Shown here: positions 1 to 9,176 of the stretch, in pieces
Layout: each line of letters begins with the position of its first letter
Numbering within the stretch: the stretch's first letter is position 1
Assembly (NCBI GenBank): GCA_020629375.1
Contig: JAHDDK010000001.1
Coordinates: 118,129 to 182,128, forward strand
Reading direction: 5' to 3'
Length of the DNA stretch: 64,000 nucleotides
Source of the DNA: Acidimicrobiales bacterium
GTDB lineage: Bacteria; Actinomycetota; Acidimicrobiia; Acidimicrobiales; SHLQ01
Notes under the pieces: generated by a model
Database searches by the model: none
What the model saw: only the letters and a program-made list of their open reading frames with translations
What the model was told of the DNA's origin: nothing
Position numbers and translations under genes: made by a program

Positions 1-918
1 CCTCATGGGCCCGCACGTTCTCCATGCCGATGCCTTCGAGATAGTCGACCGCTGCGCCGAGCCCCACAACTTCGGCGACCGACGGCGTGCCCGCCTCGAA
101 CTTGTGCGGCAGCTCGGCTGTCGTGAAGCCCTCCTTCGTGACCTGGAGGATCATGTCGCCACCACCGAGAAATGGGGGCATCGCTTCCAACAGTTCGGTC
201 GTTCCCCACAGCACGCCGATGCCGGTCGGGCCAAGCATCTTGTGCCCCGTGAACACCATCGCGTCCACCCCGAGCTCGGTCACCTCGGTCGGCAGATGCG
301 GCACATACTGGCTGGCGTCGGTCACGCAGATGGCGCCGGCCGCATGCGCGGCGTCGGCCAAGCGGCGAACAGGATTGAGGGTGCCCAACACGTTCGACAT
401 CGCCGACACCGACAACAGCTTCGCCCCATCCAAGAACCGGTCGAGGTCGGTGAGATCGAGCTCGCCGTTGTCGTCGACCGGGATCCATCGGATCTCACAA
501 CCCGTGCGATCACGGACCTGCTGCCACGGCACGATGTTGGCGTGATGTTCCATCTCGGTGAGCACAACTGCGTCACCGGGCCCGAGATTGGCGTCGCCCC
601 ATGAGCGGGCGAACAGATTCATCGCCTCGGTGGCGTTCTTCGTGAAGATCACTTCGTGCGTGTGTGGCGCACCGATGAAGTTCGCGACCTTCGACCGGCC
701 ACCGTCGAGCGCATCGGTCGCCTCGACTGCCAGCTTGTAGGCGCCACGATTCGCGTTGGCGTGAGACGTCCGGTAATAGTCCGACATCGCGTCGATCACG
801 GCGTTCGGTCGCTGGCTCGACGCCGCCGAGTCGAGGTAGACGAGTCGCTCGCCGTCGAAGCGGCGATCGAGGATGGGGAAGTCCTTCTTGATGCGGGCGG
901 TGTCGAAACTGTCCGCCA

Positions 919-919
<1 letters not shown>
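1..919 (-). CDS. sufS: cysteine desulfurase SufS (3' end runs off the window start)
   Basis: Absent from the supplied ORF track because there is no stop inside the window. My own minus-strand translation from the ATG at 919 reads MADSFDTARIKKDFPILDRRFDGERLVYLDSAASSQRPNAVIDAMSDYYRTSHANANRGAYKLA... and later ...MVFTGHKMLGPTG (PLP-lysine block). The ATGA overlaps the sufC stop at 919-921. Confidence 0.85.
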
Positions 920-1674
<755 letters not shown>

Positions 1675-1727
1675 GACTCGAAGTCTACGGCGGCCCCCAA
1701 TGATCGGTTCAGCTGTATGGAGCGTGA

Positions 1728-3386
1728 CTAGAACGGGCCTTCGCAGTTAACGGCCGAACCGCCGTAGCACCAGTCGGTATTGAGGCCGCCGTCGAGACGA
1801 TCGATCCCGCGCCCACCGAACAGCCGGTCGGCGCCGGTCCCACCGATCAGGCGGTCGTCGTCGCGCTTGCCCCACAAACGATCGTTGCCGTCGCCACCGA
1901 TCAGCGTGTCGTTGCCATAGCCGCCACGAACGCGGTCACCGCCACCTTCGCCGAAGACCGTGTCGTTGCCGCGGCCAGCGAAGATGAAGTCTCGGTCGTC
2001 GCCGCCATGGATCAGGTCGACGCCGGCGCCGCCGTAGATGCGATCCGAGCCAGCCCCGCCATACACGACATCGGCGCCGCCGAGGGCACAGATGATGTCG
2101 TCTCCGCCGAGCCCGTCGATCCGCTCCGCCCCGGGAGTCCCGAGGATGACGTCATCGCCGTTCGTCGGACGCTCACCCTTTGCGAGCTCGACCGTGACCT
2201 CGTAGATCTCACACATCGGCCGACCGTTGGGCGTTGTCGGAGTCGGGGCCCGAGTCGTCGTGGTTGTGGTCGGCCTGACGGTTGTCGTGGTTGTGGTGGT
2301 GGTCGTCGGCCTGACGGTTGTTGTGGTGGTGGTCGTCGTCGGGAATGGCGGTGGGTCTTCGCCGCGAATGGCTGCCAACATCGCCACCTCACCTGGAGAG
2401 CCGAGCGTGTTGATCGGATCGCTCCAGCTCCAACGAAAACGATGTCCGTAGGCATAGCCGGTCGCCCCGGCATCGATCGTCGCTTGGACGTTCTCGAGAA
2501 CCTGCTCGGGCGTCACCGGCTCGTCCTGCCCACACCACGTCACGCGGAGGGCTTCGTACTTGCCTTCAGACACCCACACGGGCTTGTTCGTGGCGGCCTT
2601 CACCTCGGCGATGCGATCCATGACCATCTGGCGATCAGAGCAGTGGCCGGGGTACACCGCCGCCCGGTCCAGCCACGGCTCGTCCAGTAGCCACAACCGA
2701 TGCGACGGCAGCCCGTGATAGGTGATGTCGAGGTTTGGACGGGCCGCCTTCAGACTCCCGGCCATTGTCCGCCAGATGTCGTCGTTGCGATCGACACAGA
2801 AGTTGTCGCCACCGAGCATCCAGAACTCGAGTGCCGGATGCGATCCAATCAAGGCATGGATCTCTTGGCCGAGGCGAGCCGCATTGTCTTCGGTCAGGAT
2901 CCGGTTCTCCGGTGTGCCACCACACTGCTCAGCGTTGGCTTCCTTCAGCTCGCCCGTCTGATACATGGCTGCCCAGATCGGCGCCATCCCGACCCGAAGT
3001 CCGCGTGCGTGCGCCATGTCGAGAATTCGGGCCACTCGATCGCCGTAGTCCTCGTTGTAACTCGCTCGGCCATTGGCGGCGATGTCGATCCCCGGGAAAC
3101 CTTCGGGATTCACCGCATCGATGCCGCCGCGAGACAGATTCAGGTACGACATCAACACGCCGTCGAAGCCCTCGGCCTGCAAGTGATTGAAATAGGTCCG
3201 AATCTCGGCTGTCGTGGCCGCCGCCGGCAGATCCCACGCCGTGTCCCACACCTCGATCTGATTGGCCGGGTTCGCAGCCTCAGCTGGCGACGACCGCCAG
3301 ACGAGCATCGCCCCCAACGTGATCAGCCCGACCAAAACAGCAAAAGCGAACGAACGAGTGTGCGCCCGCCAAGGCGATGAAGTCAT
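1728..3386 (-). CDS. secreted glycoside-hydrolase-like protein with Thr-rich linker and C-terminal hemolysin-type (RTX) Ca-binding repeats
   Basis: Start moved to the ATG at 3386 (MTSSPWRAHTRSFAFAVLVGLITLGAMLVWRSSPAEA, signal-peptide-like). The ~330-aa TIM-barrel-like domain (FWMLGGDNF block) resembles DUF4038/GH140 from recollection only. Linker is TTTTTTTTVRP x2. The tail has about 10 GGxGxD nonapeptide repeats (GGAGSDRIYGGAGVDLIHGGDDRD...). Confidence 0.8.
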   Translation of the reverse strand: MTSSPWRAHTRSFAFAVLVGLITLGAMLVWRSSPAEAANPANQIEVWDTAWDLPAAATTAEIRTYFNHLQAEGFDGVLMSYLNLSRGGIDAVNPEGFPGIDIAANGRASYNEDYGDRVARILDMAHARGLRVGMAPIWAAMYQTGELKEANAEQCGGTPENRILTEDNAARLGQEIHALIGSHPALEFWMLGGDNFCVDRNDDIWRTMAGSLKAARPNLDITYHGLPSHRLWLLDEPWLDRAAVYPGHCSDRQMVMDRIAEVKAATNKPVWVSEGKYEALRVTWCGQDEPVTPEQVLENVQATIDAGATGYAYGHRFRWSWSDPINTLGSPGEVAMLAAIRGEDPPPFPTTTTTTTTVRPTTTTTTTTTVRPTTTTTTRAPTPTTPNGRPMCEIYEVTVELAKGERPTNGDDVILGTPGAERIDGLGGDDIICALGGADVVYGGAGSDRIYGGAGVDLIHGGDDRDFIFAGRGNDTVFGEGGGDRVRGGYGNDTLIGGDGNDRLWGKRDDDRLIGGTGADRLFGGRGIDRLDGGLNTDWCYGGSAVNCEGPF

Positions 3387-3550
3387 GACGGCCGAGAGTA
3401 CCGACCCCACCGGCGAGAGCAAATAGGGAGCGTCACCCGACGCCCACGGAACGCGCGAGCTGAGTCACATGTCCCACGACTGGTAGTCGACATGTTGCCT
3501 ACACTCGGCTCCCGACGGCGCAATCGCGTCGCGTCCCGAACGACACAGGA

Positions 3551-4534
3551 ATGTCCGACATGAAGATTCTGGTAGCAGGCGGCGGCGGTTTCATCGGAGG
3601 CCACCTCGTACGGTCTCTCCTCGACGACGGCCACGAGGTCCGCTCCGTCGACCGCAAGGGCTTCGACGACTGGTACCAGGTCCACGACGACGCCGAGAAC
3701 GTCCACGCCGACCTCCAGTACGTCGACACCTGCGAAGCCGCGACCGAAGGCATCGATCGCGTGTTCAACCTCGCGTGCGACATGGGCGGCATGGGCTTCA
3801 TCGAGAACAACAAAGCGCTCTGCATGCTCAGCGTGCTCGTCAACACCAACCTCGTCGCCGCTTCGCAGAAGGCCGGCGTCGAGCGGTACTTCTTCTCCTC
3901 ATCCGCCTGCGTCTACGCCGCCGGCAAGCAGGTCGACCCCAACGTCACCGCCCTCGCCGAAGGCGACGCCTATCCGGCCATGCCCGAAGACGGCTACGGC
4001 TGGGAGAAACTCTTCAGCGAGCGCATGTGCCGTCACTTCACTGAAGACTTCGGCATGGAGACCCGCGTCGCCCGCTACCACAACGTCTACGGCCCCGAAG
4101 GCACCTGGACCGGTGGCCGCGAGAAGGCACCGGCTGCCGTCTGCCGAAAGATCGCCGAAGCCAAGCTCTCCGGCGACCACGAGATCGGCGTCTGGGGCGA
4201 CGGCCTCCAGACCCGCTCGTTCATGTACATCGACGACTGCGTCACCGGCACGAAGATGCTGATGGACTCCGACATCCGCGAGCCGATCAACATCGGCTCC
4301 GCCGAGCTCATCTCCATCAACGACCTCTACGACATGATGGCCAAGTACGCCGGCATCGAAATCACCCGCAACCACGATCTCACCGCCCCACAAGGCGTGC
4401 GTGGCCGCAACTCCGACAACACCCTCATCCTCGAGAAGCTCGGCTGGGAACCCACCATCTCGCTCGAAGACGGCATGGCCAAGACCTACGACTGGATCTA
4501 CGAACAAGTTGTCGCCGCCGGCGGCGACAACTAA
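3551..4534 (+). CDS. gme: GDP-mannose 3,5-epimerase-like NAD-dependent epimerase
   Basis: Rossmann motif GGGGFIGGH. Blocks FNLACDMGGMGFI, SSSACVY, YGWEKL, YHNVYGPEGTWTGGREKAPAAVCRK, WGDGLQTRSF, REPINIGS, GVRGRNSDN and EKLGWEP are colinear with plant and bacterial GME as I remember them. Confidence 0.85.
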   Translation: MSDMKILVAGGGGFIGGHLVRSLLDDGHEVRSVDRKGFDDWYQVHDDAENVHADLQYVDTCEAATEGIDRVFNLACDMGGMGFIENNKALCMLSVLVNTNLVAASQKAGVERYFFSSSACVYAAGKQVDPNVTALAEGDAYPAMPEDGYGWEKLFSERMCRHFTEDFGMETRVARYHNVYGPEGTWTGGREKAPAAVCRKIAEAKLSGDHEIGVWGDGLQTRSFMYIDDCVTGTKMLMDSDIREPINIGSAELISINDLYDMMAKYAGIEITRNHDLTAPQGVRGRNSDNTLILEKLGWEPTISLEDGMAKTYDWIYEQVVAAGGDN

Positions 4535-4567
4535 CTCGTAGACGGCTGCCTGTTGCTGCGAGTTCGC

Positions 4568-4696
4568 GCCCTTCGGGCGCTCATGCGCAGATTGCCGGAG
4601 GCCGTCGGCGGCTAAGCCGCCTTACACAGTTCGGCGTAGCCGAACTGACGACGATTCGTTGTTCCGGTCACGTTGGTGTCTGACACCAACGTGACC
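4568..4696. terminator. array of four stem-loops between convergent genes (probable bidirectional terminator region)
   Basis: Four hairpins: gcgccc-ttc-gggcgc (4568-4582), ggcggc-taa-gccgcc (4609-4623), cagttcgg-cgtag-ccgaactg (4627-4647), and a near-perfect 15-nt-arm palindrome ggtcacgttggtgtc/gacaccaacgtgacc (4666-4696). No clear U-tract. Confidence 0.5.
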
Positions 4697-4697
4697 G

Positions 4698-5324
4698 CTA
4701 CCAGCCGCGGGCGACCCAGGTTTCGAACTGGGGCTTCTCGGTGCCGATCGTGGTGTCGGCGCCGTGGCCGGGGAGGACCAGGACGTCGTCGTCCATGACG
4801 CGATAGAAGCGATCTTCGATCGAGCGCATGATCGTCGGGAAGTCTCCTCCGGGGAACTTCGTCGCGCCGGCTCCACCCGGAAACAACGTGTCGCCGGTGA
4901 ACAAGATCGGCGCGCCGTGGAGCTTGAACGACATCGAACCCGGCGTGTGTCCGGGGGAGTGGATCGTGCGGAGGCGAAGCCGGCCGACCTCGATGACCGT
5001 GTCGTCCTCGAGGATCTCGTCGTAGCTGTCGAGCATCGACGCGTCCTCGGCCGTCACGCCCACTGAATACCCGGCGTCACGCATCTGCGGAATTGCCGCG
5101 ATGTGATCCCAGTGACCGTGCGTCTCGACGATGCGTCGCACGTTGAGCGCGCTCGCCAGTTCGAGCAACTTCTCGTGCTCGTTGGCCGCGTCGATCAGCA
5201 GACTTTCGCCGGTCTCGGTGCAGCGGAGCACGAAGACGTTGTTGTCGACTGGGCCAACGACCAACTTGTGAATCTCGAAGCCCGAGTCGGCGTGGTGAAG
5301 CGTGGCGGTCAGGTCGAGCGACAT
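4698..5324 (-). CDS. MBL-fold metallo-hydrolase (glyoxalase II-like)
   Basis: 208 aa with the THGHWDH metal-binding motif, a later HTPGS and GDTLF. Confidence 0.85.
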   Translation of the reverse strand: MSLDLTATLHHADSGFEIHKLVVGPVDNNVFVLRCTETGESLLIDAANEHEKLLELASALNVRRIVETHGHWDHIAAIPQMRDAGYSVGVTAEDASMLDSYDEILEDDTVIEVGRLRLRTIHSPGHTPGSMSFKLHGAPILFTGDTLFPGGAGATKFPGGDFPTIMRSIEDRFYRVMDDDVLVLPGHGADTTIGTEKPQFETWVARGW

Positions 5325-5376
5325 CTCCGCACAGTACAGATCGCATGCCGGATCTGGCGCCCGCTACGGTGTGGCC

Positions 5377-6492
5377 ATGCAGTTCGCCTTCACCGAAGAA
5401 CAAGATCAACTCCGGGACTTCGTGCGCCAGTTCCTCGAGGAGAAGTCGGCCGAGGACACCGTCCGCGAACTCATGGACACCGAGAAGGGCTACGACGACG
5501 CGGTCTGGTCGCAGATGGCCGAACAGATGGGTCTTCCCGCGTTGGCGATTCCCGAAGAATTCGGCGGGCAAGGCTATGGCTGGGTCGAACTCGTCGTCGT
5601 CCTCGAAGAGATGGGTCGAGCGCTGCTGTGCGCGCCGTTCTTCTCGACGTCGGTTCTCGCCACCTCCACCCTCCTCTGCGCCGACGACGCCGACGCCGCT
5701 GGCGAATACCTCCCAAATATCGCCTCGGGTGAGCTCACGGCGACGCTCGCCCTCACCGAAGAGAACGGTCGCTGGGACGAATCCGGTGTGACCGCCACCG
5801 CCGAAGCATCGAGCGATGGCTGGACCCTCAACGGCGCCAAGCACTACGTCATCGACGGCCACACCGCAGGTCTCATCCTCGTCGCCGCCCGCACCGCAGC
5901 TGGCGTGTCGATCTTCGCCGTCGACGGCGACGCCGAGGGCCTCACCCGCACGCCGCTGTCGACCATGGACCAGACCCGCAAGCAAGCAAAGCTCGAACTC
6001 GACGGCGTCGCCGGACGTCTGGTCGGCACCGAAGGCGCCGGCTGGGACACCATCACCAAGGTCCTCGACCGCGCCGCCGTCGGCCTCGCTGCCGAACAGG
6101 TCGGCGGAGCACAGAAGGTCCTCGAGATGTCGGTCGAATACGCCAAGGACCGCATCCAGTTCGGCCGGCCCATCGGCTCGTTCCAGGCGATCAAGCACAA
6201 GTGCGCCGACATGCTCCTCGAGGTCGAATCGGCGAAGTCTGCGGCCTACTACGCCGCGTGGTGCGCCTCCGAAGACAACGACGAACTCCCGGCCATGGCG
6301 TCGCTTGCCAAGAGCTACTGCTCCGAGGCGTACTTCCATGCCGCATCAGAGAACATTCAGATTCACGGCGGCATCGGGTTCACGTGGGAGCACCCGGCGC
6401 ACCTGTACTTCAAGCGAGCCAAGTCGAGCGAGCTGCTCTTCGGCGACCCGACGTATCACCGCGAACTCCTCGCACAGCGCATCGGCATCTGA
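5377..6492 (+). CDS. acyl-CoA dehydrogenase family protein
   Basis: Start moved to the ATG at 5377 (MQFAFTEEQDQLRDFVRQF). ACAD C-terminal blocks FGRPIGSFQAIKHKCADM and IQIHGGIGFTWEHPAHLYFKRA. Confidence 0.9.
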   Translation: MQFAFTEEQDQLRDFVRQFLEEKSAEDTVRELMDTEKGYDDAVWSQMAEQMGLPALAIPEEFGGQGYGWVELVVVLEEMGRALLCAPFFSTSVLATSTLLCADDADAAGEYLPNIASGELTATLALTEENGRWDESGVTATAEASSDGWTLNGAKHYVIDGHTAGLILVAARTAAGVSIFAVDGDAEGLTRTPLSTMDQTRKQAKLELDGVAGRLVGTEGAGWDTITKVLDRAAVGLAAEQVGGAQKVLEMSVEYAKDRIQFGRPIGSFQAIKHKCADMLLEVESAKSAAYYAAWCASEDNDELPAMASLAKSYCSEAYFHAASENIQIHGGIGFTWEHPAHLYFKRAKSSELLFGDPTYHRELLAQRIGI

Positions 6493-6534
6493 ACCTGACG
6501 GCGCCGCACTCGGCCGCCTCCTGAACGCACGCTC

Positions 6535-6975
6535 GTGATCTGGCTCCTTGTCGTCGTCGGCGCTCTGGTCGTCATCGGCGTCGCCGTCGTTGCGGTGTCT
6601 CGTGTTGCCGTCGAACTCGAGTCGACGATGGCACCGGCATTGCTCGAGGTCGACGACGCCGTCGAAGCGGTGGCCGAGGCGATCCCCTACGAAGTGTCGG
6701 CCGTGCTCTCGCACCACGACGTCGACCAGATCATTCGATGGGTGCTCGACTGGTTCGACCAGCTCGGCATGGCAAGCGACTTCGGCGAAGAGTTGGGAGG
6801 CGACTGGGTCGAGGACGAACGGGCCGTCGCCGACGAGATCGGCGCCGCCGACTATGCCGTCGCTCGCAGCCTCGATGCCCGTCCCGACCTCGAAAGCGTG
6901 CACGTGACCGTGGTCGTCGACGAGTTCCTCACGTACCTGCGCGACATCGGCGCCGTTGGCGACGAGGTTCGCTGA
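6535..6975 (+). CDS. hypothetical membrane-anchored acidic protein
   Basis: GTG start, N-terminal TM helix IWLLVVVGALVVIGVAVVAV, then an acidic soluble part. High GC3. Followed by a good terminator. Confidence 0.6.
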   Translation: MIWLLVVVGALVVIGVAVVAVSRVAVELESTMAPALLEVDDAVEAVAEAIPYEVSAVLSHHDVDQIIRWVLDWFDQLGMASDFGEELGGDWVEDERAVADEIGAADYAVARSLDARPDLESVHVTVVVDEFLTYLRDIGAVGDEVR

Positions 6976-7047
6976 CCGGCGCTCGTCGTCCCGTCCGGGT
7001 CGCCGTAACCCACCTTCAGCCGCCAGGTCGTTGGCCCGAAAACGGAA

Positions 7048-7086
7048 GAAGGGCCGAGGCGGATGCCCCGGCCCTTCCCCCTTTTC
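7048..7086 (+). terminator. intrinsic terminator
   Basis: gaagggccg (7048-7056) pairs with cggcccttc (7069-7077), followed by cccctttt. Confidence 0.7.
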
Positions 7087-7408
7087 GAATCGCTGGGATG
7101 ACTGCTGCGACCAGTGTTCGACGGGCGGAACGACGTCCGTCAGTCGGCAAGCAGCGGTGTCTGGCTGGAATTCGCCAGATGGTCCAGCGGGCCCGACCTA
7201 CCGGCCAGACACCTCCAAGGTTCCAAACTCAGTATGAATGTGGACCACCCCCTTTCTCTTGGTGTGACCATCGTAACAAAGGGGGGCGGCACGTGTCGGT
7301 CGGGTCAGGAGGTCTGCACCGCATCGGACGAAACCCGACGCGACCTGTCAGATCCCGCTTGTGGCTGCGGACCGTGCCCAGCGATGACCCAACGCCTACG
7401 ATCGACGC

Positions 7409-7600
7409 ATGGATCGACCGAAGGCCTATGCCGAGCATCGCTTCATCGGCGACAAGCGCACCCAGATCGCCTACGACCTCGACGAGGATCACGACCACGA
7501 CGTCATCAACGCTCTCGTGGAGAGCGAGAAGGTGGCCACCTTCGGCCCCGACACGGCAGCCGAGGCTCGCAATCGTGGATACCGCATCGCAAAGCCCTGA
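7409..7600 (+). CDS. small hypothetical protein (63 aa), possibly a Cys-less relative of the short Ada/sunset-type module
   Basis: ATG start. The pattern FIGDKRTQIAYDL...TFGPDTAAEARNRGYRIAKP loosely recalls the IGxKxSxxYH...F..EA..GYR module, but with Asp/His where Cys or His normally sit. Recollection-level only. Confidence 0.45.
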   Translation: MDRPKAYAEHRFIGDKRTQIAYDLDEDHDHDVINALVESEKVATFGPDTAAEARNRGYRIAKP

Positions 7601-8414
7601 CGCGTCGACGTCTCCCGAGCCGCAACGTCGCACGCTTCACGGCGGTGCCGGCGAGCTCGAAGCGTGGCTGGTCGAGCCGACCTCCGACACGGATCGCCGC
7701 CATCCAGGCCTGATCCTGGCCCCCGGTTTCCCGACCGACCCGGGCGGTGGAGCGAACTCGTTCAAGACATTCCCCGACTTGGCCGTCCGGATCGCCGACG
7801 AGGCCCGGATGACCGTGCTCGCCCTGGCCTACCGGGGGGTCGCGTCGTCGAGCGGCCACTTCTCCCTGCAAGGCTGGAAACGCGATCTGCACACGGCGCT
7901 TGACCAACTCCGACGCGTCGACGACGTGTCGACGATCTGGATGATGGGATTCGGCACCGGGGGAGCCCTGTCGATCGCCGCCGCAGCCGACGATCGCCGC
8001 GTCGCTGGCGTCGTGTCCGTTGCGGCCCCCGCAGACTTCACCGACTGGGGTGGGCGGCCCCGAGAGCTGCTCTCTCATGCACGGCGATGTGGGGCGATCA
8101 GCGACCCGGACCAGCCTGCGGACTTCGGTCGGTGGTCGAAAGAACTCCTCCAGGTCGCGGCCGTTGGATCGGCAGGCGAGCTCGGCGACACGCGGCTGCT
8201 CGTGCTGCACGGCTCCGACGACGACGCCGTCCCGGCTCTCGACGCCCGTGCCATCGCCGACGCTCACGGAAGCGCCGATCTCCGCATCATCGACCGGGCC
8301 CGGCACCACCTTCGGCACGACCCCCGAGCGATGGCCATCGCCATCGGCTGGCTACATCGGCGCGGGTTGCCCGCTCAACAGATCGGCGATTCGCCGGTCA
8401 TGACCACTTCGTAG
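7575..8414 (+). CDS. alpha/beta-hydrolase-fold protein (nucleophile motif degenerate)
   Basis: Only the C-terminal ~280 aa of track ORF 6738..8414 look protein-like (LHGGAGELEAWLVEP..., LLVLHGSDDDAVP, RARHHL). The first in-frame start candidate is the GTG at 7575, so the start is uncertain. The nucleophile elbow reads GFGTGG rather than GxSxG. Confidence 0.65.
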   Translation: MDTASQSPDASTSPEPQRRTLHGGAGELEAWLVEPTSDTDRRHPGLILAPGFPTDPGGGANSFKTFPDLAVRIADEARMTVLALAYRGVASSSGHFSLQGWKRDLHTALDQLRRVDDVSTIWMMGFGTGGALSIAAAADDRRVAGVVSVAAPADFTDWGGRPRELLSHARRCGAISDPDQPADFGRWSKELLQVAAVGSAGELGDTRLLVLHGSDDDAVPALDARAIADAHGSADLRIIDRARHHLRHDPRAMAIAIGWLHRRGLPAQQIGDSPVMTTS

Positions 8415-9162
8415 GCCGCTTGCGGGCGATCCCCGTGACGAACTTCGGATACTGCAACAGATACCGGCGCCACAGCCGTTTCGGTTCGGTGACCAGTCGG
8501 AACAACCATTCGAAGCCGCTCCGCTGAATCCAATACGGCGCCTGCGTTGTCCGGCCCGTGTGGAAATCGAACGCGGCGCCGACACCGATCAGGACCGGAG
8601 CATCGAGTCGATCCCGGAACGCATCCATCCAGCGTTCCTGCTTGGGTGTCGACAAACCGACCCAAACGATGTCGGCCCCGGAGTCGTTGATCATTGACAC
8701 GATGTCTTCTTCTTCGGCTGGCTCGAGCGCCCGGAACGGCGGGCTGAACGCCCCGACCGACTGAAACCCGGGATACCGGCGGGCGAGCTCCTCGCCAAGC
8801 TCGGCAGCGACACCATCGGCCGCTCCATAGAAGAACGACTTCCACCCGTCGGTTGCCGCACGCTCGGCGATTGCCAGGGTCAGGTCGGGCCCGTACACCC
8901 GATCGGCATCGTCGTAGCCCGCATGTCGAGCAGACCACACCAGCGGCATACCGTCGGTCGTGCACATCCCGGCGCGGTTGTGGATCTCCCGAAGCGAAGC
9001 GTCATCGAGCGACTCGACAATGCCGTGCACGCTCGTCACACAGACGTACGTGCGGGCATCGTCACGAATCCATCCCGCGATCCGTTCGACGGCTCGAGGA
9101 ATGTCGCCGGCGGTGATACGCACACCGAGCACATCGACGAACTGTTGCGGTTGGGTGGTCAT
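8398..9162 (-). CDS. WecG/TagA/CpsF-family (GT26) glycosyltransferase
   Basis: Start at the ATG at 9162 with GAGGA 5 nt upstream. Blocks DGMPLVW, GPDL, FFYGA, VGLSTPKQERW, IGVGAAFDF and EWLFRL. Confidence 0.9.
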   Translation of the reverse strand: MTTQPQQFVDVLGVRITAGDIPRAVERIAGWIRDDARTYVCVTSVHGIVESLDDASLREIHNRAGMCTTDGMPLVWSARHAGYDDADRVYGPDLTLAIAERAATDGWKSFFYGAADGVAAELGEELARRYPGFQSVGAFSPPFRALEPAEEEDIVSMINDSGADIVWVGLSTPKQERWMDAFRDRLDAPVLIGVGAAFDFHTGRTTQAPYWIQRSGFEWLFRLVTEPKRLWRRYLLQYPKFVTGIARKRPTKWS

Positions 9163-9176
9163 GGCGTCCTCGCTGA

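Noticed and set aside
7087-7408. Identity as a known housekeeping RNA (SRP/4.5S, 6S, RNase P, tmRNA, 6C)
   Set aside because: I looked for remembered core motifs: the SRP CCGGAAGG-type loop, the RNase P GAGGAAAGTCC motif, the tmRNA tag region, and paired C-rich 6C loops. I did not find them. The region is kept only as an unclassified structured region.
6738-7574. N-terminal ~280 codons of the 558-aa ORF 6738..8414
   Set aside because: The sequence is Arg-rich and low-complexity. It overlaps gene 6535-6975 in another frame, reads through a strong terminator (7048-7086) and spans the small ORF 7409-7600. Only the C-terminal hydrolase part looks real.
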